Positions 17,765 to 31,016 of a stretch of DNA of 64,000 nt are shown piece after piece. Source of the DNA: Casimicrobiaceae bacterium (GTDB lineage Bacteria > Pseudomonadota > Gammaproteobacteria > Burkholderiales > Casimicrobiaceae). Every line of letters starts with the position of its first letter. Within the stretch, counting starts at the first letter, position 1. The notes below the pieces were generated by a model. That model was not told where the DNA came from and did not search any database. It worked only from the letters and a program-made list of their open reading frames with translations. The translations under genes were made by a program, and so were the position numbers. Where the stretch lies: the NCBI GenBank assembly GCA_035718935.1, contig DASTGT010000055.1:11784-75783 (forward strand), in the 5' to 3' direction.

Positions 17765-19051
17765 ATGAACGAATGCCACGAGCTCGACGCAAGCACTGCC
17801 ACGACGCTGATACGTCGGGGCGAGTTGTCGTCGCAGGCGCTCGTCACCGCCTGCCTGGCGCGCATCGACGCGCGCGAGCGCGAGGTGGGCGCGTGGCAAT
17901 TCCTCGCGCGCGATCAGGCCCTCGCGCAGGCGCGCGAGGCGGACCTTCGCGAAGCGCGTGGCGCGCTGCACGGCGTGCCGATCGCGGTGAAGGACGTCTT
18001 CGACACGTTCGACATGCCGACCACGCTCGGCTCGCCGATCTACGCGAACCGACAACCTTGCTGGGACGCCGCGTGCGTCGCCGCCGTGCGCGCGGCCGGC
18101 GCGATCCCGCTCGGCAAGACGGTGACGACGGAATTCGCCAGCTATCACCCGGGCAAGACGCGCAACCCGCGCGACATCTCGCGCACGCCCGGCGGCTCGT
18201 CGAGCGGCTCCGCGGCTGCGATTGCGGACTCCATGGCGCCGCTCGCGTTCGGCACGCAGACGGCAGCGTCGATCACGCGTCCCGCGGCGTTTTGCGGCGT
18301 CATCGGCTACAAGGCCACGTTCGGCGAGCTGTCGCTTTCGGGCGTACGGCCGCTTGCGCAGTCGCTGGACACGCTCGGCGTCTTTGCGCGCTCGGTCGCC
18401 GACGTCGCGTTGCTGCGCAACGTTCTCCTCGGCGCCGACCCTTCGCCCCTTCGCGCATTGTCGACACCACCGCGCCTGGGCTTGTGCCGAACGCCGGCGT
18501 GGCCGTTCGCCGAGCCCGCGATGCGCGAGGCACTGGAAGCCACGGTCGAAAGGCTTCGTCTCGCCGGCGCGACGGTCGACGAGATCCAGTTGCCCGAGGC
18601 GTTCGGCGCGGTGACCGAGGCGCAGCAAACGATCATGACGTACGAAACCGCGCGCAACTACGTGTTCGAGATGACGCAGCGCCCCGACGGATTGAGCGCA
18701 TCTTTTCGCGCGATCTGCGAGGCCGGGATGCGCATCGAGCGTGCGACGTACCTCGATTCCCTCCGGCGTGTCGCGGAAGCGGGACGCATGCTGCCCGACG
18801 CGATGCGCGACTGCGATGCGCTCATCACGCCCGCCACTCGCGGCGAGGCACCGCCGATCGAGGCCGGCACCGGCGATCCCGTGATGAGCCGGATGTGGAC
18901 GGCGCTCGGCACGCCGACGCTTGCGCTGCCCGTGCCAAGAACAGGCGGCGCGTTGCCGCTGGCAATTCAACTCGTCGCGAACCGACACGCCGACCCGCGC
19001 TTGCTCGAGGTCGGGGCGTGGGCGATCTCCACATTGGGACGCGCGGTATAA
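17765..19051 (+). CDS. Amidase signature family enzyme
   Basis: GVPIAVKD, GKTVTTEFA, TPGGSSSGSAAA, GTQTAASITRPAAFCGV. Confidence 0.92.
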   Translation: MNECHELDASTATTLIRRGELSSQALVTACLARIDAREREVGAWQFLARDQALAQAREADLREARGALHGVPIAVKDVFDTFDMPTTLGSPIYANRQPCWDAACVAAVRAAGAIPLGKTVTTEFASYHPGKTRNPRDISRTPGGSSSGSAAAIADSMAPLAFGTQTAASITRPAAFCGVIGYKATFGELSLSGVRPLAQSLDTLGVFARSVADVALLRNVLLGADPSPLRALSTPPRLGLCRTPAWPFAEPAMREALEATVERLRLAGATVDEIQLPEAFGAVTEAQQTIMTYETARNYVFEMTQRPDGLSASFRAICEAGMRIERATYLDSLRRVAEAGRMLPDAMRDCDALITPATRGEAPPIEAGTGDPVMSRMWTALGTPTLALPVPRTGGALPLAIQLVANRHADPRLLEVGAWAISTLGRAV

Positions 19052-19122
19052 TGAGGTCGTGCGGCGCGCTCGACCCCGATGCGCCACAGCATCCGAAGCG
19101 AAGGACGTTGAAAGGCATGGTT

Positions 19123-19155
19123 ATGACACCGCGAACGCGTGGAGGCCCGACGTAA
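19123..19155 (+). CDS. Putative Thr-containing leader peptide of thrS ([10 protein letters not shown])
   Basis: AAAGG RBS at 19111; 3 Thr codons in 10; overlaps strand 1 of an attenuator; TATAAT at 19047. Confidence 0.6.
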   Translation: MTPRTRGGPT

Positions 19156-19230
19156 CACCGAGGCGGTGTCGCTCGCGCGGACGGTCGTCCGCGCCATTGA
19201 AGAGAGTGCGGCGCTGCCGCACTTTTTTTT
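19125..19230 (+). promoter_or_regulatory. Transcription attenuator upstream of thrS
   Basis: 1:2 GACACCGC(19125)/GCGGTGTC(19163); 2:3 19163-19172 pairs with 19208-19217 (3 G.U pairs); 3:4 terminator AGTGCGGC-GCT-GCCGCACT plus T-run. Confidence 0.7.
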
Positions 19231-19249
19231 CATCACCGGTATTCGAACC

Positions 19250-21157
19250 ATGCCCGACATCCAACTCCCCGACGGCGCCGTCAAGCAATTCAAGGGGCCC
19301 ATCTCCATCGCGGAACTCGCCGCGTCGATCGGTCCCGGTCTCGCGAAAGCCGCGATCGCCGGTCGCGTCGACGGCAAGCTCGTCGACACTTCGCACATCG
19401 TCGACCGCGACGCGAACGTAGCCATCGTGACCGCGCGCGACGCCGATGGTCTCGACGTCATCCGCCACTCGACGGCTCACCTCCTCGCCTACGCGGTGAA
19501 GGAGCTCTTCCCCGACGCGCAGGTCACGATCGGCCCGGTGATCGAGGACGGCTTCTACTACGATTTCTCGTACAAGCGGCCCTTCACGCCCGAAGACCTC
19601 GCGGCGATCGAGCAGAAAATGGCCGAGCTCGCGAAGATGAACGAGCCGGTGACACGCCAGCTGATGCCGCGCGACGAGGCGGTGAAGTATTTCGAATCGA
19701 TCGGCGAGCACTACAAGGCCGAGATCATCGCGTCGATTCCGTCGAACGAGGACATCTCGCTCTACACCGAGGGCAAGTTCACCGACCTCTGCCGCGGTCC
19801 GCACGTGCCGTCGACCGGAAAGCTCGGCGTCTTCAAGCTGATGAAGGTCGCCGGCGCGTACTGGCGGGGCGATTCGAAGAACGAGATGCTGCAGAGGATC
19901 TACGGCACCGCGTGGACGAGCAAAGCCGACCTCGACGCGTACCTGCACCGCATCGAGGAAGCCGAGAAGCGCGACCACCGCAAGCTCGCGAAGCAGCTCG
20001 ACCTCTTCCACCTGCAGGACGAGTCGCCCGGCATGGTGTTCTGGCATCCGAAGGGCTGGGCGCTGTGGCAGCAGGTCGAGCAGTACATGCGTAGCGTGTA
20101 CCGCGACAACGGCTACCAGGAGATCCGCTGCCCGCAGATCCTCGACCGCTCGCTGTGGGAACGCTCAGGGCACTGGGAGAACTTCAAGGACAACATGTTC
20201 ACCACCGAGTCCGAGAAGCGCGAGTTCGCGATCAAGCCGATGAACTGTCCCGGCCACGTGCTCGTCTTCAACTCGGACCTGCGCAGCTACCGTGATCTCC
20301 CGCTGCGGTACGGCGAGTTCGGCAACTGTCATCGCAACGAGCCGTCGGGCGCGCTGCACGGGCTCATGCGCGTGCGCGGCTTCACGCAGGACGACGCGCA
20401 CATCTTCTGCACCGAGGAGCAGATCGAATCGGAGGTTAAAGCGTTCAACCAGCTGGCGCTCGACGTCTACCGCGTCTTCGGCTTCGACCACATCGAGATC
20501 AAGATCGCGCTGCGGCCCGAGCAGCGTCTCGGCGACGACGACACCTGGGACCGCGCCGAGCAGGCACTGCGCGACGCATTGCGCGCGAGCGGCGTCCAAT
20601 GGACAGAGCTGCCCGGTGAAGGCGCGTTCTACGGACCGAAGGTCGAGTACCACCTGAAGGACTCGCTCGGCCGCTCGTGGCAATGCGGCACGATCCAGGT
20701 CGACTTCCAGATGCCCGGGCGGCTGGGTGCCGAGTACGTGGCCGCCGACGATACCCGCAAGGTGCCGGTAATGTTGCATCGGGCGATCGTCGGGTCGCTC
20801 GAGCGCTTCATCGGGATCCTGATCGAGCACTACGCGGGCGCCCTGCCCCTGTGGCTCTCGCCAGTCCAGGCGGTCGTGATGACGATCACCGACCGCCAGC
20901 GCGACTACGCGGTCGACCTCGCCAAACGGCTGAAAGGCGCCGGATTGCGGGTCGAAACCGATTTGCGCAACGAGAAGATTAGCTATAAAATTCGCGAACA
21001 TAGCCTCCAAAAGCTGCCTTATCAGCTGATCGTCGGCGATAAGGAGCAGGAGGCGCAAAGCGTGGCCGTGCGTTCCCGCAGCGGCGAGGATCTCGGGGCG
21101 ATGCCCGTAGCATCCTTGCTTGCGCGCCTGACCGACGAGGTGGCGCGCCGCCGTTAG
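19250..21157 (+). CDS. thrS: Threonine--tRNA ligase
   Basis: [12 protein letters not shown] domain, [36 protein letters not shown]. Confidence 0.98.
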   Translation: MPDIQLPDGAVKQFKGPISIAELAASIGPGLAKAAIAGRVDGKLVDTSHIVDRDANVAIVTARDADGLDVIRHSTAHLLAYAVKELFPDAQVTIGPVIEDGFYYDFSYKRPFTPEDLAAIEQKMAELAKMNEPVTRQLMPRDEAVKYFESIGEHYKAEIIASIPSNEDISLYTEGKFTDLCRGPHVPSTGKLGVFKLMKVAGAYWRGDSKNEMLQRIYGTAWTSKADLDAYLHRIEEAEKRDHRKLAKQLDLFHLQDESPGMVFWHPKGWALWQQVEQYMRSVYRDNGYQEIRCPQILDRSLWERSGHWENFKDNMFTTESEKREFAIKPMNCPGHVLVFNSDLRSYRDLPLRYGEFGNCHRNEPSGALHGLMRVRGFTQDDAHIFCTEEQIESEVKAFNQLALDVYRVFGFDHIEIKIALRPEQRLGDDDTWDRAEQALRDALRASGVQWTELPGEGAFYGPKVEYHLKDSLGRSWQCGTIQVDFQMPGRLGAEYVAADDTRKVPVMLHRAIVGSLERFIGILIEHYAGALPLWLSPVQAVVMTITDRQRDYAVDLAKRLKGAGLRVETDLRNEKISYKIREHSLQKLPYQLIVGDKEQEAQSVAVRSRSGEDLGAMPVASLLARLTDEVARRR

Positions 21158-21223
21158 CCCGACGAAGGGCGATGGCGTCTTGCGGGTGCCGGCCGTTTTT
21201 TGTCACTTCATGGAGAGAACGCA

Positions 21224-21847
21224 ATCGCACTAGACAAGCAGCACCAGCGCCTCAACGGCGAAATCAACGCCCCTGAAATTCGGTTGGTTGGCATCGACGG
21301 CGAGCAACTCGGCATCGTTTCACTGCAGGACGCGCTCGCGAAGGCGGAAGCGGCGGAACTCGATCTCGTCGAGATCGCGCCGATGGCCAAGCCCCCCGTT
21401 TGCCGGATCATGGATTACGGCAAGTTCAAGTACCGGGAGGCCAAGAAGCAGCACGAGGCAAAGCTCAAGCTGAAACAGATCCAGGTGAAGGAAGTGAAAT
21501 TCCGGCCTGGAACCGACGAAGGCGATTACAAGATCAAGCTGCGCAACCTGACCCGCTTCCTGGGGGAGGGCGACAAGGCGAAGGTCACGTTGCGCTTTCG
21601 CGGCCGCGAGATGGCGCATCAGGAGTTCGGCATACGCCTGCTCGAGCGAATTCGAGGCGACCTGGAGCCGATCGCGACCGTGGAACAGTTCCCGAGACTC
21701 GAAGGCCGGCAAATGGTGATGCTGCTGGCTCCGAAGAAGACGTTGCCGAAGACGCATCACCCGGACAAGCCCGAGGACGGTAAGCCGCAAGGCCCGAAAG
21801 CCGCATCTCCGAATCCGGAGCCGCGCACCGCCGTGGGCAGCAAATAA
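21224..21847 (+). CDS. infC: Translation initiation factor IF-3, non-canonical ATC start
   Basis: [40 protein letters not shown] 8 nt upstream of an in-frame ATC. Confidence 0.95.
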   Translation: MALDKQHQRLNGEINAPEIRLVGIDGEQLGIVSLQDALAKAEAAELDLVEIAPMAKPPVCRIMDYGKFKYREAKKQHEAKLKLKQIQVKEVKFRPGTDEGDYKIKLRNLTRFLGEGDKAKVTLRFRGREMAHQEFGIRLLERIRGDLEPIATVEQFPRLEGRQMVMLLAPKKTLPKTHHPDKPEDGKPQGPKAASPNPEPRTAVGSK

Positions 21848-21858
21848 GGAACGGCATC

Positions 21859-22056
21859 ATGCCGAAGATGAAGACGAAGTCGGGCGCGAAGAAGCGCTTC
21901 CGCGTGCGCGGGAGCGGCTCGATCAAGCGCTCGCAGGCGTTCAAGCGCCACATCCTCACCAAGAAGTCCACCAAGAACAAGCGGCATCTGCGCGGCGTGG
22001 CCGCGATCGATGCCACGAACGCAGCGTCGGTTGCCGCGATGCTGCCTTACGCATAA
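21859..22056 (+). CDS. rpmI: 50S ribosomal protein L35
   Basis: [14 protein letters not shown]...HILTKK. Confidence 0.98.
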   Translation: MPKMKTKSGAKKRFRVRGSGSIKRSQAFKRHILTKKSTKNKRHLRGVAAIDATNAASVAAMLPYA

Positions 22057-22065
22057 GGAGCGGCC

Positions 22066-25821
<3,756 letters not shown>

Positions 25822-25827
25822 CCTCCG

Positions 25828-26136
25828 ATGACGCTCACCAAAGCCGAACTCGCCGATCTCCTCTTCGAACAGCTGGGCCTCAACAAGCGCGAAGCGAAGG
25901 ACATGGTCGAGCGGTTCTTCGAAGAAATTCGAACGGCGCTCGAGGAAGGGCGCAGCGTGAAGCTTTCCGGCTTCGGCAACTTCCAGCTCCGTGAGAAGCC
26001 GCAGCGCCCGGGTCGCAATCCCAAGACGGGCGAGGAAATTCCGATCACCGCACGGCGCGTCGTGACGTTCCACGCGAGCCAGAAGCTCAAGGCGATGGTC
26101 GAAGCGGCGAACCATGCCCGAACCCAGCCGAGCTAA
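25828..26136 (+). CDS. ihfA: Integration host factor alpha
   Basis: [34 protein letters not shown]; follows pheT. Confidence 0.97.
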   Translation: MTLTKAELADLLFEQLGLNKREAKDMVERFFEEIRTALEEGRSVKLSGFGNFQLREKPQRPGRNPKTGEEIPITARRVVTFHASQKLKAMVEAANHARTQPS

Positions 26137-26527
26137 GACCGCGCTGCCGCCGATTCCCGCCAAGCGCTATTTCACGATTGGCGAGGTGAGCGAGCTTTGT
26201 GCGGTGAAGCCGCACGTGCTGCGTTATTGGGAGCAGGAATTCGCGCAGCTGAAGCCGGTCAAGCGGCGCGGTAATCGGCGCTATTACCAGCATCACGAAG
26301 TGCTGTTGATCCGGCGCATCCGCGATCTCCTCTACGAGCAGGGCTTCACGATCAACGGTGCGCGACATCGCCTCGATTCGGAGAACATGGGGGAGCCGCG
26401 CGCGGCGACACGCGGCGCGTCACCTTCGTTGAACGTCGTCGCGCCGACGGCGACGCGGTCGGTCGACATCACGGAATTGCGCGAGGAATTGCTCGCGATA
26501 CGACGGTTGCTGACGCCTTCGCGCTGA
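26114..26527 (+). CDS. MerR-family regulator (conserved after ihfA)
   Basis: [36 protein letters not shown]. Confidence 0.93.
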   Translation: MPEPSRAKTALPPIPAKRYFTIGEVSELCAVKPHVLRYWEQEFAQLKPVKRRGNRRYYQHHEVLLIRRIRDLLYEQGFTINGARHRLDSENMGEPRAATRGASPSLNVVAPTATRSVDITELREELLAIRRLLTPSR

Positions 26528-26553
26528 GGTCGACGCTATAATGCGCGTTCGGT

Positions 26554-26630
26554 CGGGGCGTAGCGCAGCCTGGTAGCGCACCTGCATGGGGTGCAGGGGG
26601 TCGAGTGTTCGAATCACTTCGCCCCGACCA
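26554..26630 (+). tRNA. tRNA-Pro (GGG)
   Basis: 77-nt cloverleaf CGGGGCG.../CGCCCCG-ACCA; anticodon arm CTGCA-TGGGG-TGCAG; TATAAT at 26537. Confidence 0.96.
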
Positions 26631-26768
26631 CATTCACATCCAGGATACGGCCGCTCAATGCGGCCGTATCTCTGAGTTCACGCCCCTCGTGCGCCCAACG
26701 TCGTCGACCGGCGGCTCGCGTGAAGCGAGCGCATAATCGCGCACTGCGCCGTGCCGGCGCAACGGAGT

Positions 26769-27167
26769 GTGACCCACGTGCGACACGTGCTGGTAGTCGA
26801 CGACAACCGTTCCCTCGCGGACTCGGTCGCACTGCTTCTCGAGGATCAGGGGTTCGAGGCGCGCGTCGCCTACAGCGCGGAAGAGGCGTGGGCCGAAGCG
26901 AAACGCACGCCGCCCGAAGTCGTCATTCTGGACATCAGGATGCCGGGCATCGGTGGTCTCGAGCTCGCGCGTGCGCTGAGAGCGGTGGCACAGCTCCCGC
27001 TGTTGCTGATCGCGTTCACCGGATCCATGCTGGCGGCCGAGCACGCGGAACTGCACAGCGAGTTCGACGCCGTCGTGCGCAAGCCCGCCTCGCTCGACGA
27101 CATCATCCACGCGATGCAATACGCAGAAATCAGGATGACCTCCCGCGACGCCTTGCGGCATCGCTGA
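26769..27167 (+). CDS. Single-domain response regulator (REC)
   Basis: VLVVDDN, ILDIRMPGIGG, AFTG, RKP. Start 26769 or 26778. Confidence 0.85.
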   Translation: MTHVRHVLVVDDNRSLADSVALLLEDQGFEARVAYSAEEAWAEAKRTPPEVVILDIRMPGIGGLELARALRAVAQLPLLLIAFTGSMLAAEHAELHSEFDAVVRKPASLDDIIHAMQYAEIRMTSRDALRHR

Positions 27168-27243
27168 TTCGAGCGCGGCGACCGCCCGACTATTGCGCAA
27201 CGGACGCTGCTTGCTAGACTGGCGGCGCCCGAGCTAGCGCACG

Positions 27244-30027
27244 ATGAGCGACGCACACTCCGCCGCGGTGATTCCGCTTCGCACGACGCCGGTCGACGCG
27301 CACGCTGACCTCGTCGCGTTCCTGTTCACCGATATCGAAGGGTCGAGCCTCAAGTGGCTCAATCATCGCGCCGCGATGCAGGACGCGCTGCGCGCGCACG
27401 ACGACATCCTGCGCGCGGCGATCGCCGCGCACGGCGGAGACGTCTTCAAGACGGGCGGCGACGCGTTCAACGCGGCCTTCCGGCGCCCGTCGGATGCGAT
27501 CGGGGCTGCGGTCGACGCCCAGCAGGCGCTTGCAAGGCACGACTGGTCCGCGGTCGAAGGCCTCGGCGTTCGGATGGCGGTCCACGTGGGAACGGCCGAG
27601 CGGCGCGAAGGCGACTATTTCGGCCCGGCGCTCAATCGCGTGGCACGACTTCTCACGCTGGGCCATGGCGGTCAGGTGCTCGTCACGTCGTCGGCTGCAG
27701 AACTCGTCGCCGCCGAACGCGAGAACCGGCACATGCTGCGCCATCTCGGCGCTCACCCGCTCGACGATCCACTCCAACCGGTGGGCGTGCATCAGCTGGA
27801 CGTCCCCGGCTTGCCGCACGAATTTTCACCGCTACGCACGACCGAGAATCGCCCGACGAATCTGCCGCGGCAGCCGACGGCGCTGATCGGGCGCGATGCC
27901 GAGCTCGAACGGCTTCACACCCTTCTTTCGCAAAATCAGGTCGTCACGGTGACCGGCACCGGCGGCGTGGGCAAGACGCGCATCACGCTGGAGATGGGCC
28001 TGCGCCTGCTCGACCGGTTCCCCGACGGCACGTGGCTCGTCGAGCTCGCAGCGATTTCCGATGCGACGCTGGTGCCGGGTGCCGTGACGACCGCACTTCA
28101 CATCGACACCTCGTCGGCCAAGACACCCCTCGACGCGATGGTGTCGCGACTGCGCAACCAGGACTTGCTGCTTCTGCTCGACAATTGCGAGCACGTCATC
28201 GACGCGGTGGCGACGATGGTCGAGGCGCTGATCGCGGCGGCGCCGAAAGTGCGCGTGCTGATCAGCTCGCAGGAGCCGCTCGGCATCGCGGGCGAGCAGA
28301 TCTTCCGTCTGCCGTCGCTCGGCGTCCCGAAGGAGACGCACGTGCGGTCGGCGGATGCACTGCACTCCGGTGCCATCCAACTCTTCTTCGAGAGGGCGAA
28401 GGCCGCCGATCCGCGCTTTACGCTCGACGACCGGAATGCGTCGACGGTCGCCGCCATCTGCCGGCGTCTCGACGGCATTCCGCTTGCCATCGAGATGGCC
28501 GCGGCGCGCGCGCCGATGCTCGGCGTGGATCGGCTTGCGCAAAAGCTCGACGAGCGCTTTCGCGTGCTGACCGGTGGGCGCCGCACGGCACTGCCGCGCC
28601 AGCAGACGCTACGGGCAACGCTCGATTGGAGCTACGGGCTGCTCTCCGAGAAGGAGGGCAAGGTGCTGCGTCGGCTTTCGATCTTCGCCGGAGGTTTCAC
28701 GCTGGACGGCGCCGGCCGCGTTGCGGGCGATGACGCGATCGACGAATTCGAGGTGATCGACCTGTTGTCGCATCTCGTCGCCCGCTCGCTCGTCGTCGCC
28801 GACACCGACGAGAACGCAGGAACGCGCTACCGGCTCCTCGAGACCACGCGCGCCTATGCGCTGGAGAAGCTTGCGGAGGCCGGAGAATCGGGCGAGACCG
28901 AGCGCCGACACGCGACGTTCATGCGCGATCTCTTCGACCGGGCGTATACCGAGTGGCGAACCACGCCCGACGTCGAGTGGCGCAATACGTACCTTCCGGA
29001 GCGCGACAATTTGCGCAACGCGCTCGACTGGGCGTTCGGGCCGAACGGAGACAAGGGGATCGGCATCGAGATCGCGGGGACGTCCGCGGAAATGTGGAAC
29101 CAGCTTTCGCTTGTCGCCGAAGCACGGTTGCGGATGGAGACGATGGCGCCTCACGTCGACGACGCACTGCCGTCACAGGTGGCGGCCCGCTTCTGGGAGG
29201 CGGTCGGCCGCTTCTGGAGCGATAGCGCGCCTGCCCGGGCGACCGACGCCCGGAAGCGAGCCGCCGACCTCTTCCGTGCGGCCGACCTGCCCGCGGAACT
29301 CGGAGAAACGCTCGTCGGTTACGCAGTGACGCTGCCGCCTGAGTCGGAAGACGAGGCGCAGAAGGCACTCTCCGAAGCCCGGTCTCTGATCGAACGGGCC
29401 GGCACGCCTCGTCTTCTCGCCAATTATTTCCGTGTGTGCGCCTTTCGCGTCATGGCGTCCGATCCGACGCTGGCGCGCCATCATTTCGAAACCGCGCTCC
29501 GCCATTTCCGCAGCGCCGGTGCCGAACGCGCGGCACTGGGGACGGCGAACAACCTTGCGGACTTCACGTGGAACACGGGGGATCTCGACGCCGCCGTCGC
29601 GAGCATGCGGGACGCGATCGGGCTCATTCGGAAGTCGCCGGCGTCCGGAAAGGCTGGATTGGGCCAAGGGCTCGGCAACCTCGCCGGGGCGCTGACCGAG
29701 CGCGGCGATCTCGACGAGGCGCTGGCTGCAATGAGCGAGGCGATCCCGTTGATCAGCGAGCTCGGCGTGTTCTACCGCTTCGGCGACCATTTCGCGCTGC
29801 GCCTCGCCAAGGCAGGACACGCCGATGCGGCCGCGCGACTTCTGGGCTACGCCGACGGCGAGCACGCCAGGTTCAAGGCGCACCGCCAACACAACGAGGC
29901 GCGTGCCCACTCGACGCTTCTGCGCATCCTGAGCGATGCGATGTCACCGGCCGAGCTCACGCAGCGAATGGCGGAAGGCGCGAAGCTCACCGAGGAGGAG
30001 GCTGCTCGCCTGGCGCTCTCGTCGTGA
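27244..30027 (+). CDS. Class III nucleotide cyclase + STAND/NB-ARC ATPase + TPR-like repeats
   Basis: FTDIEGS, KTGGDAF, GDYFGPALNRVARL; Walker A GTGGVGKT, LLLLDNCEH, LDGIPLAIEMAAAR; helical C-terminus. Confidence 0.9.
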   Translation: MSDAHSAAVIPLRTTPVDAHADLVAFLFTDIEGSSLKWLNHRAAMQDALRAHDDILRAAIAAHGGDVFKTGGDAFNAAFRRPSDAIGAAVDAQQALARHDWSAVEGLGVRMAVHVGTAERREGDYFGPALNRVARLLTLGHGGQVLVTSSAAELVAAERENRHMLRHLGAHPLDDPLQPVGVHQLDVPGLPHEFSPLRTTENRPTNLPRQPTALIGRDAELERLHTLLSQNQVVTVTGTGGVGKTRITLEMGLRLLDRFPDGTWLVELAAISDATLVPGAVTTALHIDTSSAKTPLDAMVSRLRNQDLLLLLDNCEHVIDAVATMVEALIAAAPKVRVLISSQEPLGIAGEQIFRLPSLGVPKETHVRSADALHSGAIQLFFERAKAADPRFTLDDRNASTVAAICRRLDGIPLAIEMAAARAPMLGVDRLAQKLDERFRVLTGGRRTALPRQQTLRATLDWSYGLLSEKEGKVLRRLSIFAGGFTLDGAGRVAGDDAIDEFEVIDLLSHLVARSLVVADTDENAGTRYRLLETTRAYALEKLAEAGESGETERRHATFMRDLFDRAYTEWRTTPDVEWRNTYLPERDNLRNALDWAFGPNGDKGIGIEIAGTSAEMWNQLSLVAEARLRMETMAPHVDDALPSQVAARFWEAVGRFWSDSAPARATDARKRAADLFRAADLPAELGETLVGYAVTLPPESEDEAQKALSEARSLIERAGTPRLLANYFRVCAFRVMASDPTLARHHFETALRHFRSAGAERAALGTANNLADFTWNTGDLDAAVASMRDAIGLIRKSPASGKAGLGQGLGNLAGALTERGDLDEALAAMSEAIPLISELGVFYRFGDHFALRLAKAGHADAAARLLGYADGEHARFKAHRQHNEARAHSTLLRILSDAMSPAELTQRMAEGAKLTEEEAARLALSS

Positions 30028-30039
30028 CGATCGCTCGAC

Positions 30040-30414
30040 TCAGCGACCGCCCGCGAGCTCGGTGATCGTCTCGAAGCCGCCCCAGAACATGCGCTTGCCG
30101 TCGAACGGCATCTTCGACGGATCCATCGACGCCTTGAGCTGTGGATCTTCCATCACCGCCTTGCTGATGCGATCGCGATCCGCCTTGTTCCGATACACGA
30201 CCCACGCGAGCGCGATCACCTCGTCGCCCTTGAGCTGAACGGCCTGCGGAAACGAGGTGACCTTGCCAGGCTGCGCGTCGTCGCTGATCGCGTCGGAGTA
30301 GTACAAGGCGCCCTGGCGCAGATGCGCATTGCCCCATTCGGCCGACATGCGCTTGTACGTCTCGAGGTTGGCGCGTGGAACGGGGATGACGATGGCGTCG
30401 ATGTAGTGCGACAT
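30040..30414 (-). CDS. DUF1428 (YbaA-like) protein
   Basis: GKVTSFPQAV, MEDP, MPFDGKRMFWGGF. Confidence 0.9.
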   Translation of the reverse strand: MSHYIDAIVIPVPRANLETYKRMSAEWGNAHLRQGALYYSDAISDDAQPGKVTSFPQAVQLKGDEVIALAWVVYRNKADRDRISKAVMEDPQLKASMDPSKMPFDGKRMFWGGFETITELAGGR

Positions 30415-30433
30415 GAGACCTCCAGTCGAAAGA

Positions 30434-30835
30434 TCAGGTTGGATGCGAGCTCACGCGCGCCGGACGCGCGAACCCAAGGCTCGCCTCGTCCGCGCAACTG
30501 CCGCGCTCGCTCACCGGTGCACGCTTGCACTGCGCGCTCAGCGCGCCGTCGCGCGCCAGCTCGGCGCTCGCGACCGCCGGCCGAGGTTCGGCGAAGCCCG
30601 GCGCGATCGCGACGCTTCCCGCCGGTAGCGCAGCATACCTTTCGTCGACGCGTCGGTTCACCTGCGCCTTGCAGATGCCGCGATAGCTCGTCGGTTCCTT
30701 GTGGCATGCACTCATTTGGGCGCGAATGGATTGGAGCGAAATCGCCGCTTCCGTCGTCATCGCGTTCGCTTGCGCGATACCCCCGCCGAGCAGCAACGCG
30801 AACCCGATACCCGATGCCATGCGAATGCATTTCAT
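30434..30835 (-). CDS. Small secreted hypothetical protein with two C-x10-C motifs
   Basis: GGAGG RBS, signal peptide ending AQANA; CHKEPTSYRGIC and CKRAPVSERGSC. Confidence 0.6.
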   Translation of the reverse strand: MKCIRMASGIGFALLLGGGIAQANAMTTEAAISLQSIRAQMSACHKEPTSYRGICKAQVNRRVDERYAALPAGSVAIAPGFAEPRPAVASAELARDGALSAQCKRAPVSERGSCADEASLGFARPARVSSHPT

Positions 30836-30937
30836 GTCAACCTCCGCAGTGGACGAAACGTCGCGGGTCGCGTCTTGCGAGGGGCATGGATTGCCGGAAG
30901 TGGCCAGCCAGGAGTCGACACCCCGGGCACCGCGGCC

Positions 30938-30953
30938 GCAGAACGAATGCCAA
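30938..30953 (-). promoter_or_regulatory. Possible sigma54 (-24/-12) promoter
   Basis: TTGGCATTCGTTCTGC = GG-N10-GC about 100 bp upstream of the secreted-protein gene. Confidence 0.4.
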
Positions 30954-31016
30954 TTAGACGCGGGGCTTCGAGGCGTGTTCCGCTCGCGCGAGCGGGGCCG
31001 TCGCAGTCGAACCTGC

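Noticed and set aside
16463-19087. Apparent giant fusions in the ORF track (874 aa here; also 41799-44687, 13558-15453, 1962-4211)
   Set aside because: Upstream extensions are shadows of neighbouring genes; the real starts have their own RBS or stop/start overlap.
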